Below are positions 12,117-23,893 of a stretch of 64,000 nucleotides of DNA, piece by piece (positions within the stretch are counted from its first letter, which is position 1; each line of letters begins with the position of its first letter). The notes below the pieces were generated by a model. That model was given only the letters and a program-made list of their open reading frames with translations. It was not told the origin of the DNA and did not search any database. The stretch is taken from positions 248,001 through 312,000 of the forward strand of contig JALMLS010000065.1 of assembly GCA_038496445.1 (NCBI GenBank), in the 5' to 3' direction. Source of the DNA: Trichosphaerium sp. ATCC 40318. Lineage: Eukaryota > Protista > Tubulinea. The translations under genes were made by a program, and so were the position numbers.

Positions 12117-14786
12117 TCAGTTTACACTAACCTTTGTGCCTTGACTGTTGTCTGATGAAGTATACAAGCTTTTTACAGTTGCATAAACCATTTTTTTCCT
12201 ACGCCAAAAATCAACAGAACCTTTATGATTCTCTCCTCCTGGTCTTCCACATTTTACATCAATGTATGCACAGTTATTAGTGTTTGGTATGTATTTGCAT
12301 TCTCCACACTTTTTCGTGTCTTCATCATTCGCTTTTATATCATTGAACTGCCATAAAGTAATACCAGATATATACTGATTGGAAAGAGCAACACTTGCAT
12401 CTAGAAAGAAAAATAAGAAAAAAGGTACGAAACATGTCTTCCAAAAAACCCAACTCAAGCTATTCTTCTTTTAAAATGTTTTTAAGGAAGACATAAAAGG
12501 TTATGTGTCACACTATAAACTATACCAAGCAAGGTGAAAAGGCACTGTGGCTCGTTTTGACACGTAGAACTTGTTGGTTTTTTTTGGTTTTTTGCAATGA
12601 AAGGTACCTCTTTTAACGACTTCGTTTTGGTAAAGCTGGCTCCATTTAACGGCTGTTGTATTTGTATATTCCCATACACCACCAGCGCCAGTCTCACTTA
12701 TACAAAATGGTTTGCCTGGGTGTTTCTCATGAACTTGACTCGCTTGATCGTTCCAATAACTTGTTGTATAGTTCAAATCACCATACTTGTTATACCTATC
12801 TTTGAAGTTAGATTATCTCAACGGTAAACAAGCTCAGCGAAGTCATTGTCGACCTCAAACCAGCTGTTCTAAAAGAGTGTTGCGTGCCATGCTGGGTAAC
12901 TGTTGAAACTAATAACATCCTCGTATTCCATGCAAACATCACTCATTCCGTGGTTGTTTGCCCATGTGACAAAACGTGATGAACCTACTCTTGCTTTGAT
13001 AGCATCAGAGCTTGCTTTATACCCAACACATGCTTTTTCATCATTAGATGGACCTTCATTATAAAACCCGTGAAAGATAACGCCTTACAAAGTGTTAACT
13101 AGTAATTACAAGATGGAAAAATGATGTTCTTAAAAGCGCACTAGGATGGTTTACTGAGGCGTCAATCATCTCATTTACAGCTTGTAATTGGTATTTCATG
13201 AAGTAAGGGTTCAAAAGATCGTATGTGGATACACCAGGGCCAAGAGTTTCCTCCCAGATGGCTTAATACAATAAGTCAGCTTTTCGCTTCAAAAACGGTT
13301 GCAAAACGTACCTATACCATATTCATCACATAGATCTAAAAATCTCTGGTCTTGTGGATAGTGAGCACCACGTACATAGTTAGCACCCAAATCTCTTAAA
13401 AGAGCAACATCTTGCTGAACTTGTTCGAGAGTCAAAGCAGAACCTGTATCGTTGTACATTGTATGTCTGTTATACCCGTGAAGTTTAATTATTTCTCCAT
13501 TGATTGTAAACCGGTACGTTGCCTTGTCTACGCCCAATACACGTAATCCGAACCTTACTGTCACGTGATCTACCTTTTTACCGTTATCGTGAAGCCATAC
13601 GTCCATTGTATGGAGATTAGGAGTTTTCAAAGACCAAGGTTTTGCATTTGGAACGTTGATGTTTTTGATTGAAATTGTTGAGTTTGTTACTGTCATTGTT
13701 TCCGTTGGTGATTCTCTGTCATCATCGAATCTGTATGATATTGTAGCTTTAGATATAGCCGTTCCACTGAATACAATATTAGCGTCAATTGTCCCTGAGG
13801 TACTGACTGTGAAAGTCTCAACTCTCAAGATAAATGTATCAGAAGGAAGTTCATGAACAATGACGTTTCGTGTTATTCCTCCGTATTCCCAGAAATCACC
13901 TCCAGTATGTGTAGGAGCTATTGAAAGAATGAGAATTAACTCGTGAATGAGTACACTTTTGAACCTGTTTCTTTGTTGAATCGGTTATCAGCGGCAACGA
14001 AAATTTCACGTGTTTTTTGGGAACTTTCTGGAATTTCGAACCAAAATGGTTGGTATCCTCCCGCGCGATGATCACCGATTGATTTACCATCAATGAACGC
14101 TAAACAAGTTAGCCACTTTATAAAAACCAGAGGACAAAACAAAAAATGTCTCATTATTCAACACGTGCCATGACAATAAAAAGAACAAGCAGAGAAATAA
14201 ATCATTCCCTTTTTACCAGGAGGTAAGTCAAACGTTGTTCTATAGAAAGCAGTTCCGCGTCTTCCAAGTATTCCTGGTGGAGCTACATCAAAAGAGTTTG
14301 GTACAGTAACAGTCTCATTTGTATCAATAGCACTTGGTGAAATATTATCAAGATCAAAGTTGTCCTAAGAATTTTAGTGAAAAGTTTTTCGAAAACAGCG
14401 AATGTTCTGTTGTTCTTCATCAGAGTTTGGTATTTTTCAAAAACCCAGACTGTACTGGGATGCTAAAATAGTCTTTTTTGGTTATTTTCATGATGAAATC
14501 GCCTAGGGATCCCACAAAAAAAAAGGTTGGATAATTTTCGTGAGAAAAGTTTACCTTGTAAGAAAATGACCACGTGCCATCAAGAATTTGAAGATTTCTA
14601 TCTGGGTAATGAGGCCAAAAAGGTTCTTTTGTTGGCCAAGCGTTAACCCACACGATAGACGCTAGTAGAATAGCTAAGATAAACGTTCTAGAACAGAGTA
14701 AGTGGGTAAAAAGCGAAAAACGGAACCAGCTACTCAATTTTGAGCGTTACAAAATAATTTGTAGATTGAACGTACCGTGATACCAT
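12117..14786 (-). CDS. Secreted GH2 beta-glucuronidase/beta-galactosidase-like glycosidase, 8 introns
   Basis: Signal peptide; LDGTWSF, DFWEYGGITR, HGYNRH, GANYVRGAHYPQ..LCDEYGI, NHPSVIFHGFYNE (acid/base) and FCISETGA (nucleophile). Confidence 0.9.
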
Positions 14787-14999
14787 CCCTTGCGAACGCC
14801 AATAAGATCCAATTAGTTTGCTTAATGTAAGACTTAAGTTGTGTTCTACACGTGATACAACTTGTGCTTTTTTGTTCACATCAACAAGCCCAAGCGCATT
14901 CTAACATTAACTGGTAACAGGTCTCAAAATACAATTTATTTTTCTTCAGCAATATTTTTGACTCTGCCAACAAGCGATCTTGCTTGTACCAAGTTATGG

Positions 15000-15883
15000 C
15001 TAAGTTTCAAAGTATTTATCACTTGCATTACCAGCATACATAACCATGTTAACTGTTAACTTATCCAAAGGATCGAGTGGATCATAAAGAGAACTAGTAC
15101 TACCAGGAACACTTTTTTCAGGATGAGGACCACATAGAATAACCCTTCCTTGGCCAAACAATCCGGATATAATAGCAGGACAGTTCTTTATGTCTTTTTT
15201 CAACCTCTTTGACCATTTACCAGGTACAGTATCAACAGATGCAATGATGCCAATACCTTTGCACGTGTTTTGTTGATAAATAGCACCACTCACATAAGAA
15301 CATGTGAAGCCTGAACTACTCCTTAATACTGTTGGTAGTAGAGTCTGTGATGTATGTTTAGAGATGGGTTTGAGTGTTATGATGCCTCTAGCATTTCCAG
15401 GAGCGATTTTAAATTCGGCTGGTAATAGACCTAATGGGAAGAAACTCGGCCAAGAATTTTTTCTGTTTTGAGTCCTTTGTCCTCCAAGATATGCGCCTGC
15501 ACAGATACCCACATAGCCACCACCTGAAGAAACAAAGTCTTTGATAATCTTACAACCTTCTTCACCAATGGTACGAGCTATTGCTGCTGCTAGAAAAGAA
15601 GGAGAAAATCAGTGAAAACATTCTTTATTGAACGAATTTGTCTTTTTTTTTCTCAACTTGTGTCGGCGTTTTTTCAGTTTAAACAATTTAATTATAACAT
15701 ACCAGTGCCTCCTGGTACTACCATGACATCGTAATTATCAATAGTAAGAGTTTCAGGTATTATATTATGCGCAGAGATTATAGTGCTTGTACGAAGGCTA
15801 CGAAACGATTTTGTGGCTAAAATAGCTGGGTCTGCACCTTTACCAATAAAAACAAAGACTCTAATTTGCCCTGAGTGGTCCAT
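15000..15883 (-). CDS. Stand-alone class-I glutamine-amidotransferase-like protein (BPL_N-type), 1 intron
   Basis: VMVVPGG, IKDFVSSGGGYVGICAGAY (nucleophile-elbow Cys) and GRVILCGPHPE (His-Pro-Glu). Confidence 0.75.
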
Positions 15884-16107
15884 TGTTGAGTTATTCAAAA
15901 AAAATTAAACCATGACTTTCAACGACTTCTGTGTTCACTCCAGGTTTTTCTTTCGCAGTCATTATGTGAGACTGCTTGTTTGGCTTGATTTAAGTGTTAT
16001 CACTGTTTTTAAATGGCGTAGAATTCCTAATAGTTGTACGACATTGTCAGTGTAGTACAAGGTTAATACAAGACGTGGAGAGTCTTCGCAAATGGAATTG
16101 AATTTTT

Positions 16108-18700
16108 TTACATAGGTTTTGGCTTGTCTACAAGTTTTACGAGCAACTTTTTTATATTATGTTGCTGTATTGTTTCTACTATACTATTAGGATCATCACA
16201 AACATAATACTCGGTCATGCTACCATCCTTGAACCTAGTAACTAGTAAATCTCGAAGAACTTAAAAAAAAAAACAAAAAAAAAATACTCACCGAAATTGA
16301 ACAAAATCAACGCCTAGTACTATCTGAGAAATAACTTGGTAAGTGTGTGACGCTTTAATATCATTTGTTGTAGGATCCCTTCTCTTAATACCATCAGGAC
16401 CAACGTCCAAAATGCGATCTTGATCTAACAACAAAAATCAGAAAAAAATTAACAAGAAATCCACAAAATAAAATCATCACGCCATTTTCTTACAAAAAAA
16501 ATAGATTTATAACAACTCATACTATCTATAGCTATTATACCAGTTTTTTTTTTTCAAAATTGAAACCAAAGAACACGTACATCGGTAGTACCAATTGACT
16601 CTCTTCACAGGAAAAGTTCTCTCACCGTTTTCAGAACTTGTATGTGTATAAACAACTTGCGCTAAGTAATCATCTTTATCACTCTTTGGTGTAGTTTCTA
16701 CGCTCCACATCCATGATACAACATCCTTGACATAAGCAAGTACAGAGCTCTGGTCAGATGCTAACATCAAAAAAATTAGCGTTAAACAAAGAAGCAGTTT
16801 ATTTTGTTGTTTGCGTACTCTTGTTCTTCTTGGGTAACCCTAACTCATTCATTGTATCTCTAGGTATATTACCTTGTATACATGAATCAGGTAGAATAGC
16901 TTGAGCAATATGTGGCGGAATCTGCTTGAACTTTGGTACTTTTGATATTTCATCAACATTTGTCACTAAAGATGCCATTAACACAATTTCTCGTCTATTC
17001 TTATTTATAAAAATCACTTACACAGCATATTAACATATTCTAATCTCTCTTCAAATGATAGACTCTGAAATTTAGGTTGATCTAGGACTTCGTCCAGACT
17101 CTTTTGAAAAAAAAGGTGAGCTTGTTTTCAGTGAATAACATTCGTTACCTCGAGAAGCGTGCTTGTACAGAAATGTACTAAGTATCTACTTTTTTGTTTC
17201 AATCCTTCGTTTAGAATGACCATTATAAAGTTTTTAAAGTCTGGAGGATTACCAAGTTGAGTGGAGTGCTTTAGATGTGCTTTGTTGAAGACAGGAATGA
17301 GTTTCTTTTTTTGTACAAATGTGCATAGTTCAGGCATGCCAAGTAGAATTGTATCTGAGAATATATTCAATAAAACATTTCTATCAGCATTCTTTATATC
17401 TCCAGTATACATACTAAGCGTATTTAGGGTCAAACAACGCAGAGAAAAAGAGAAAAGAGAAAAAGACAAAAAGTCATTTTTGTTCGAGTCTGTGGTCCAA
17501 TTAAAGAGTTCAAAGTTAGTTCGTACTATTCCAACATTGCTTGTATAGAATTATAAGTCAAATTTACACCAAAAGTAACGCTTTGTGAGTTAGCTTCATC
17601 GAACTTTTTTCTGAAAAAGGACGAAATTTCTGAAAGATGTTTCTTCTTTGTAAACAACTGTTTGCCTTCAACATGAAATCTAAACAAAACCAAATAAATA
17701 TAAACATGTACTAATTAATCACCATTGAAAACAAGTGGAAAATAGGTGCATAGGCCTGACAAAAAGCATTTAAACGCACACTATATCTCCATGAGAAGGT
17801 TCAAGCCACAACGGACTTGTACATGCCAATTGATCAGAAAAACCAGGTGGCATATTTGTACATAGTCTCGTAGATTCTATATCTTCAGTAGGAATAGTCT
17901 AAGTAACAAAGACTAAGCACAATGACTACAAAAACCCAGTCCAGTTTCCAAAACATTAAAAAAAACAACTTTCGATTAAAACCTCGTCTGGAGGAACGCC
18001 AAGTACCCCAACTTGACCGTGATGCAATCTAGCGCCCTATCGTATATTAGAAGACCACTATCAGAAAACGGTAGCGCACTCTTTGATGAAGGTAGACAGC
18101 CATATGGCCTTTTCGTCTTGCAATAGCTAATGACATGGGAGTTTCTAACCAGCCAGCTGTAATCCTCGTTTTAGCGTTTATATCAGCACTGTGCTTAAGC
18201 AGCACGTCCACGCAGTCCTAAGTGGAAGAAACTAAGTTGGTGTTTGATTTGCTGAAAGAAGAATGCCAAAACGTGTGTGACGCTACGTACTTTACTGTCA
18301 GCGCTGACTGCTAGGTGTAATGGTGTGTAGGCATGTCCATACTTATCTACTAATGCTCCTGCCTCAATGAGCGCCTCAGCTATGCTTGCATAGCCGTAAG
18401 AAGCCGCCTATTCGAAGTTTTAGAAGGCGTGCTCGGTTAACGAAAAAAAAAAACGACAGAGTACTCACAATGTGAAGTGGTGTCCTCTCGCAAAAGTGGT
18501 ACGTATCGTTAACGTTGAATCCATGCTGTATTAGTACGTTTATTATTTGTAAACGTTTTTCTTCCCCTTCTACGCTATTTGTGCATATACAGACGCGATA
18601 TACCTCCTTTGTAAAGGGATTAACGAGCGATTCATTATTTGATGGTTTAAATCAAAATATCATACCAGTTCCTTGCCTGCACGCACGTCCACTTCTCCAT
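16108..18700 (-). CDS. Ankyrin-repeat + BTB/POZ protein with PH-like C-terminal domain, spliced
   Basis: Ankyrin motifs RTPLHIAASYG and YTPLHLAV; BTB GDIVFHVEGKQLFTKKKHLSEISSFFRKKF..AMLE.YTG; C-terminal VKRVNWYYRDQDRILDV. Confidence 0.7.
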
Positions 18701-18996
18701 TTTTAATACATTGCCGTATTTTAGTTATATCAAGTCGTTCAAGGGCGTCATTTAGTTGTATCTCATGCTTAGTGCGTATAGATGTACGTTCCGCCATTTA
18801 TTAGTCCCTTTGCATAGTTTTATGTGGAATTCTGAACTACAGTTTAAGCAAGGAACCCGACTTAAGATTATTTCAAACTGTACTGTAGATTATCTAGCTA
18901 GGTGTTTGAGCTACCAAGCTAGATGTGAACAGTTAGAGGTTTTCTCAAGAAAGTCATATCACGTGACACACGTAATATCCACAGAAATGGATAATT

Positions 18997-19136
18997 ATGT
19001 TAGCAACAGAACAAGCCCGCTCAAAACTACTTCAGTTACCGCCAGAGATGTTAAAATGATTGACGAAAGAGGAAGTATAGTGACCAATGCAGCTGTCATA
19101 CTAGCAACGACTATCAGTTCTTTTCAATTCAAATAA
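18997..19136 (+). pseudogene. F-box remnant
   Basis: ATG opens MLATEQARSKLLQLPPEMLK, followed by a frameshift or stop. Same LLQLP.E motif as the intact F-box genes. Confidence 0.35.
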
Positions 19137-19464
19137 GAGAAAAGCATAGTATAGTTATGACAAAGTCGCCTATTATTATGCAATTATGTTGCCTACACAT
19201 TCACATTAAAGTACAGGTTTGATAAAGTACTGTTCCAAAACTTTGGGAGTAGCACGCTGTCAACTCAGATGCAATAGACATTGTGTTGGTTGTATTTATC
19301 CATTACAGATTTGGATAAAAAGCGCACATAGTTTACTAAATAACACTCTGAATTGATTAAACAGACCATTTATTATATGTATTGAAGTTCAGTTTTGGTG
19401 GAACTCTCAATTGTTTAGAAAATCTTGTTTATAGCTATAACCTTGTAGGAAGTGTGTAACTTCT

Positions 19465-22400
19465 TTATTGCAGTCTGTGCGAGGATTTATCATTCTCAGG
19501 AGCGACTGTGATTGCTGGGCTATCGCTGAAAAAGTTGCAAGGTTGAAGCATAAAGCTCAGCTTATGTGTAGGCATACAAGGCCAGTCCTCTACAAGAAGA
19601 AAAAAATTAACCAAAAAAATCATTCAAATACAGCTTGTTGCTTGTTAGCTTACCTAGGCGAGGAATATGATTTGCAACAAGAGTGTACCATACAACAATA
19701 TCCTAATTATACTGTGAGTACTACGAATATAAACGATGATTGAACAGTGAAAGGCAGGAAAGCAAATTGCAATAGCAAAAAAAATAAAGTTAATTCATTC
19801 TTGTGCTTACGGTGTTTTCGATACTATCATCTCGTTTAATCCATGTTTCGAGTGTATCACTTCCATCGCTCTGGTTAGCGAACCTTAACACAAGTAAGTT
19901 TCGGAACCCAAAAAACAACAATATCTTGTCACGTGTGTTTAACAAACGTTAAGATTTCAATGAAAATTAATGGACTTCAGAAAAAAGAATTGAGACGTAC
20001 ATTCCTGAAGGGTATAACTCGTCATCGTGATATTTGGTTGTCCACAGATGATGCTAAGAAAATATTTTAGTACAAACCAGGAGAATAAATCACATACTTT
20101 GACCCAAGGTGCACGCTTAAGAACCCAAGCATCATCTTGTAGCATATGTGCTCCATTATCTTTTGGTAGGAGTCTCCATGCTACTGGTTTGCCCATATGA
20201 TTTAATGAACCGTCATTAACACTGTTAAAGAAATGTCAGGTACTTGTAGAGAAGAATATACGTTGTGTGAACTCAGAAAATAAAAGAAACAGTGAGAATC
20301 GAAGCAAAGCCTGCCAGAAAAAAAGTTACTATATTAACGTACAACTTCCAGTAACGACATGTTGATGTATCCAAGTCCGAGTACCCTGTTTGCTCAGTAC
20401 GCAATGTAGTTTCTTTAGCATAGTAAGCGTTACCCATTGGATTCTCAGGGCCTTGCTTAACCTTAATACTATCGACTTGAACAACCTAACATAAAAAGTA
20501 AGAATAACGGTTGGATAACTGGAAACAAATTCAATTACCTTATTTTTAACACCGTCTACCACTGGATCAATACGGAAAGAGAAGATATGCTGGTGATTTT
20601 GTGCTTCGAGACCTAAGGGTATAAAATTAATGCTATCTGAAGGAGGCGCTTAAATGGTAAAAATTCTATTCTATTCTTCAGTGCCAACACGTGCCTTTTT
20701 GCAATTTTATGCCATAAACAGATTCCTCTCCTTCAGCAATACCACTTGTATTAAGTAGACCTGTCATTTTAATTTCAGGTTCAATAGTACCATCCTTAAA
20801 AAGGTGTAAGTTCCAAGCATGATGGAAAAAAAAACCAAGTTGATAAAACTTGAAGTGTACTTGGTGGAAGTTCCAGTAAAATGCGTATTCGTAGTTTCCT
20901 ACTGTAGCAATAAACGATACAACCTGAATAATTCATTAACATAAGTGATAAGCACAAAGAGATCGACATACAAGTTTGGTACCACGTCTAACTTCTGGTT
21001 TTGCAATACGCCAATCTAAATGCTTCCAGAGCATTCCATCGTCTTCCTCATGAATACAAATAGTGTTCTTCTTAACAGTCACTTTTCCGTTACTTAAGTA
21101 GATTGTGTAAGCAAGCATTCAATCAAGTGATAGAAGTAGTTGGCTAAAAAAAGCCAAACTCGTGATCCATGTTTTAGCCAGAAGTTTTTTCCTGCTGTGA
21201 ACTAAACAGACATCTATTGCTTTTGCTAAAAGGTTTGAACGTACGCTGCAGTAAAATTCGAATTAAGGTATGCAATACTTCCTTTACAATCACAACCAAG
21301 TTCAAGGCTATTTGCAAGCTCACCAATACCATATTCACTAGTTATTGAGTTAACAAAAAGAGTTTGTGTCATAAAAAAGAAATAAGCCTGTATTACCCAA
21401 CATCGAAGGCGCATTTTCTATTGTGGTTATCGGCTGGGCTACCATAAGGTACAATCATTTCTGCCAAAGATAATCTAAAAAGTGAAACGTAGTTAGAAGT
21501 TATGTAGCCTTGACAATCAAAAAAAAGTGTGCCTATGGAATACTGGTCTATAGTTCTCACCATCTTTTATCTCTACCATATGAATGACAAGTCCTATTAA
21601 GGCTTAGAATGCAACTATCATTTTATGCAAACTCTTTTAGTAACAATAAAAGTACCTGATCGCAATTCCCAGCCAACACGGAATCGCCAGATATCCCATG
21701 TAATTTGATGTCCTTCAATTTTGAAATTGACACCTCAAATATTTGTTAACATCTTCGTTTATTACAATAAAAGTAATACTGAAATATAAACTTACCTTCA
21801 GGTTGCGTGATAAGATACGGTTTAGGTTCAGGGCGCATGTTTTTGATAAACTTTGCAACGTAGTTACCTAATTTGGTAAGAATTCAATGAAAATCGACAA
21901 ATGACTTTGCTGGCAGTTTAGTGCCAATGACATGTCAACCAATTTAAAAATCTTAATACCAGGAGTCTTTTCCATAGCCAAGAGTCTGTATAAAAGATAA
22001 GTACAATGCAAAAACAAGTAACAAGGTGCAACAAACATCAAATAAACAATAACGTACTTGTCATCAGGAACATCAATCACACGCTCAACTGTCAAGGTAT
22101 CCAAGTTGCAAACTACTACTAACCCCTAGTATACAATTATTACAAATAAATATGCCGTGTCTCTTGCCTCAACAGGGTGAGCATAACCTAAAAACAATCG
22201 AGTTAATAAGAGAGAACAGCTTAGTAGTAACAGCGTACCATTATCATGAGGATCATCCATACGTGTCCAAACTAGACATCTTAATATACGTTTTCCTTTT
22301 TCTTCAGGTGCATTTTTGTAACCAGCACTCCATGGCTCGCTAAAAGAAATACGTTAAAAAAAAACCAGCTGCCTCTTGTTGAAAAAAAAAACGTTAAAGG

Positions 22401-23431
22401 CGTACATCATCCAAAGAGATGGATCTGTTAATCCACGCCTTTTCATAGCAGCAATAACATCAGGGTGTTTAGACATAACTGAATCCATATCTTCAATCTC
22501 ACCACTTACGATAGCAGCTGAATAAAAACAACTTAACAAAAAAACAATAAAACAGAAAAAAAATATCTATTTCTGAAGCTTTAGGAAACCCTCCCTGCTT
22601 TCTTAGCCTTCGCACCTTGCTTTCCTAAATAATCAGGTTAGATACTACTACGATGTACAAATGAAGAATACAATCAAGCAGTGTTCATGGTACCTTCGTG
22701 AGCTGTCCACGACTCAAGTGTTTTTTTTGTGACATTAACAACAGCCTGGTAAGTTGTTGAAGAACCATCAACTAGACGCAAGAATAAACAGCGTATGCGC
22801 CTCTCATACGGTTCTCCTTCAGCGTAAGCAATCATTTCCGCCTTCTTTGGTTCGAACAAAGATAACCTAAGAGAGCTTTAGCTACAGAAAGGCGTACTAA
22901 GAAATTACAAAAAAGAAAAAACTTTTCAGTTTTTGCAACTCTTAATCGTCACGTGGTACCTTATAAGACGAACTGATGGCTTAGATTCACCAAATTTCTC
23001 AGGGCAGAACTTTTTAACAAGCAATTGGGCTGCTTCCTCAAGTTCTTGGAGTAGCGTTAGTTAAATCAATATCTAAACGCATAACAACGAGATAAAAGTG
23101 TTTTCTACGCGAACTCATTGGTTCCAGCCCGCTCGTAAGTTTTTTTTCACTTTTGTCAGGTTTTTTGTTATAAACTTCGTTTTGACGCTTGCTGTGCGTA
23201 CCCTCAACTGTTGGTGGATCAAGTGGATGCTTGTTATCGTGTAAGTTTATCACTTTACAGTTATGTTTCCCATTGCAGCTCTTAGCTGGTTGTTGCATGA
23301 AATATACGCCTGCAGCAGCACCCAGCATACCTACAGCGCCAATAGCTGCGCCAGCTAGGTATTAATTAGCAAAACGCTCACTACAACGTTTCTTGTTTAC
23401 CCATATAAGCCTTCATGTCCTTTGATGCCAT
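19465..23431 (-). CDS. Copper-containing (TPQ) primary amine oxidase, about 24 introns
   Basis: HPLDP, GYAHPVEGL, QPEG, AFDVGEYGIG, LGCDC, IHEEDDGMLWKH, TVGNYEY (topaquinone consensus), HQH copper ligands and EDWPCMP. Hydrophobic N-terminal anchor. Confidence 0.95.
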
Positions 23432-23893
23432 TATTTTAGCACTGTACTCTGAATAAGGTAGATCGCGCGGATATCGTTTAAGTCTCAACACCTTTTCGCG
23501 TGACAAGTCGATTAAACGCCATTTCTTAACTTATTAGTTCTATATAGCCAACATGTAGCTTTTTCAGGTAATCCTGGACAAGGAATCACAACCACTACCG
23601 TTGCAGAATGATAGCGTCGTATAACTGTTACTAGCATACGTAATAACGAATAACACTACGCGAGCCTTGAAATTACGAACATACGAACGATCTACAGACC
23701 GGAGCCGGCTTTAACTTTTCTCCGAAGATCAAATTGCTCGTGTAAACCTCAAGTGTACCACACTTGTCCACACGGAAAATTACGCTAGACTTTTTTTGTG
23801 TATACTAAATCGTGTTATAACCAAATACGCTATTCTAAGCACGTGCATGTTTGAGAGTTACATTGATCAAAGGTCAAAAAAAACCGTTTTATT

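Noticed and set aside
23440-23860. Possible ncRNA in a CpG-rich intergenic gap ending in a T-run
   Set aside because: No tRNA cloverleaf or snRNA/snoRNA signature could be recognised. An Rfam/Infernal scan would settle it.
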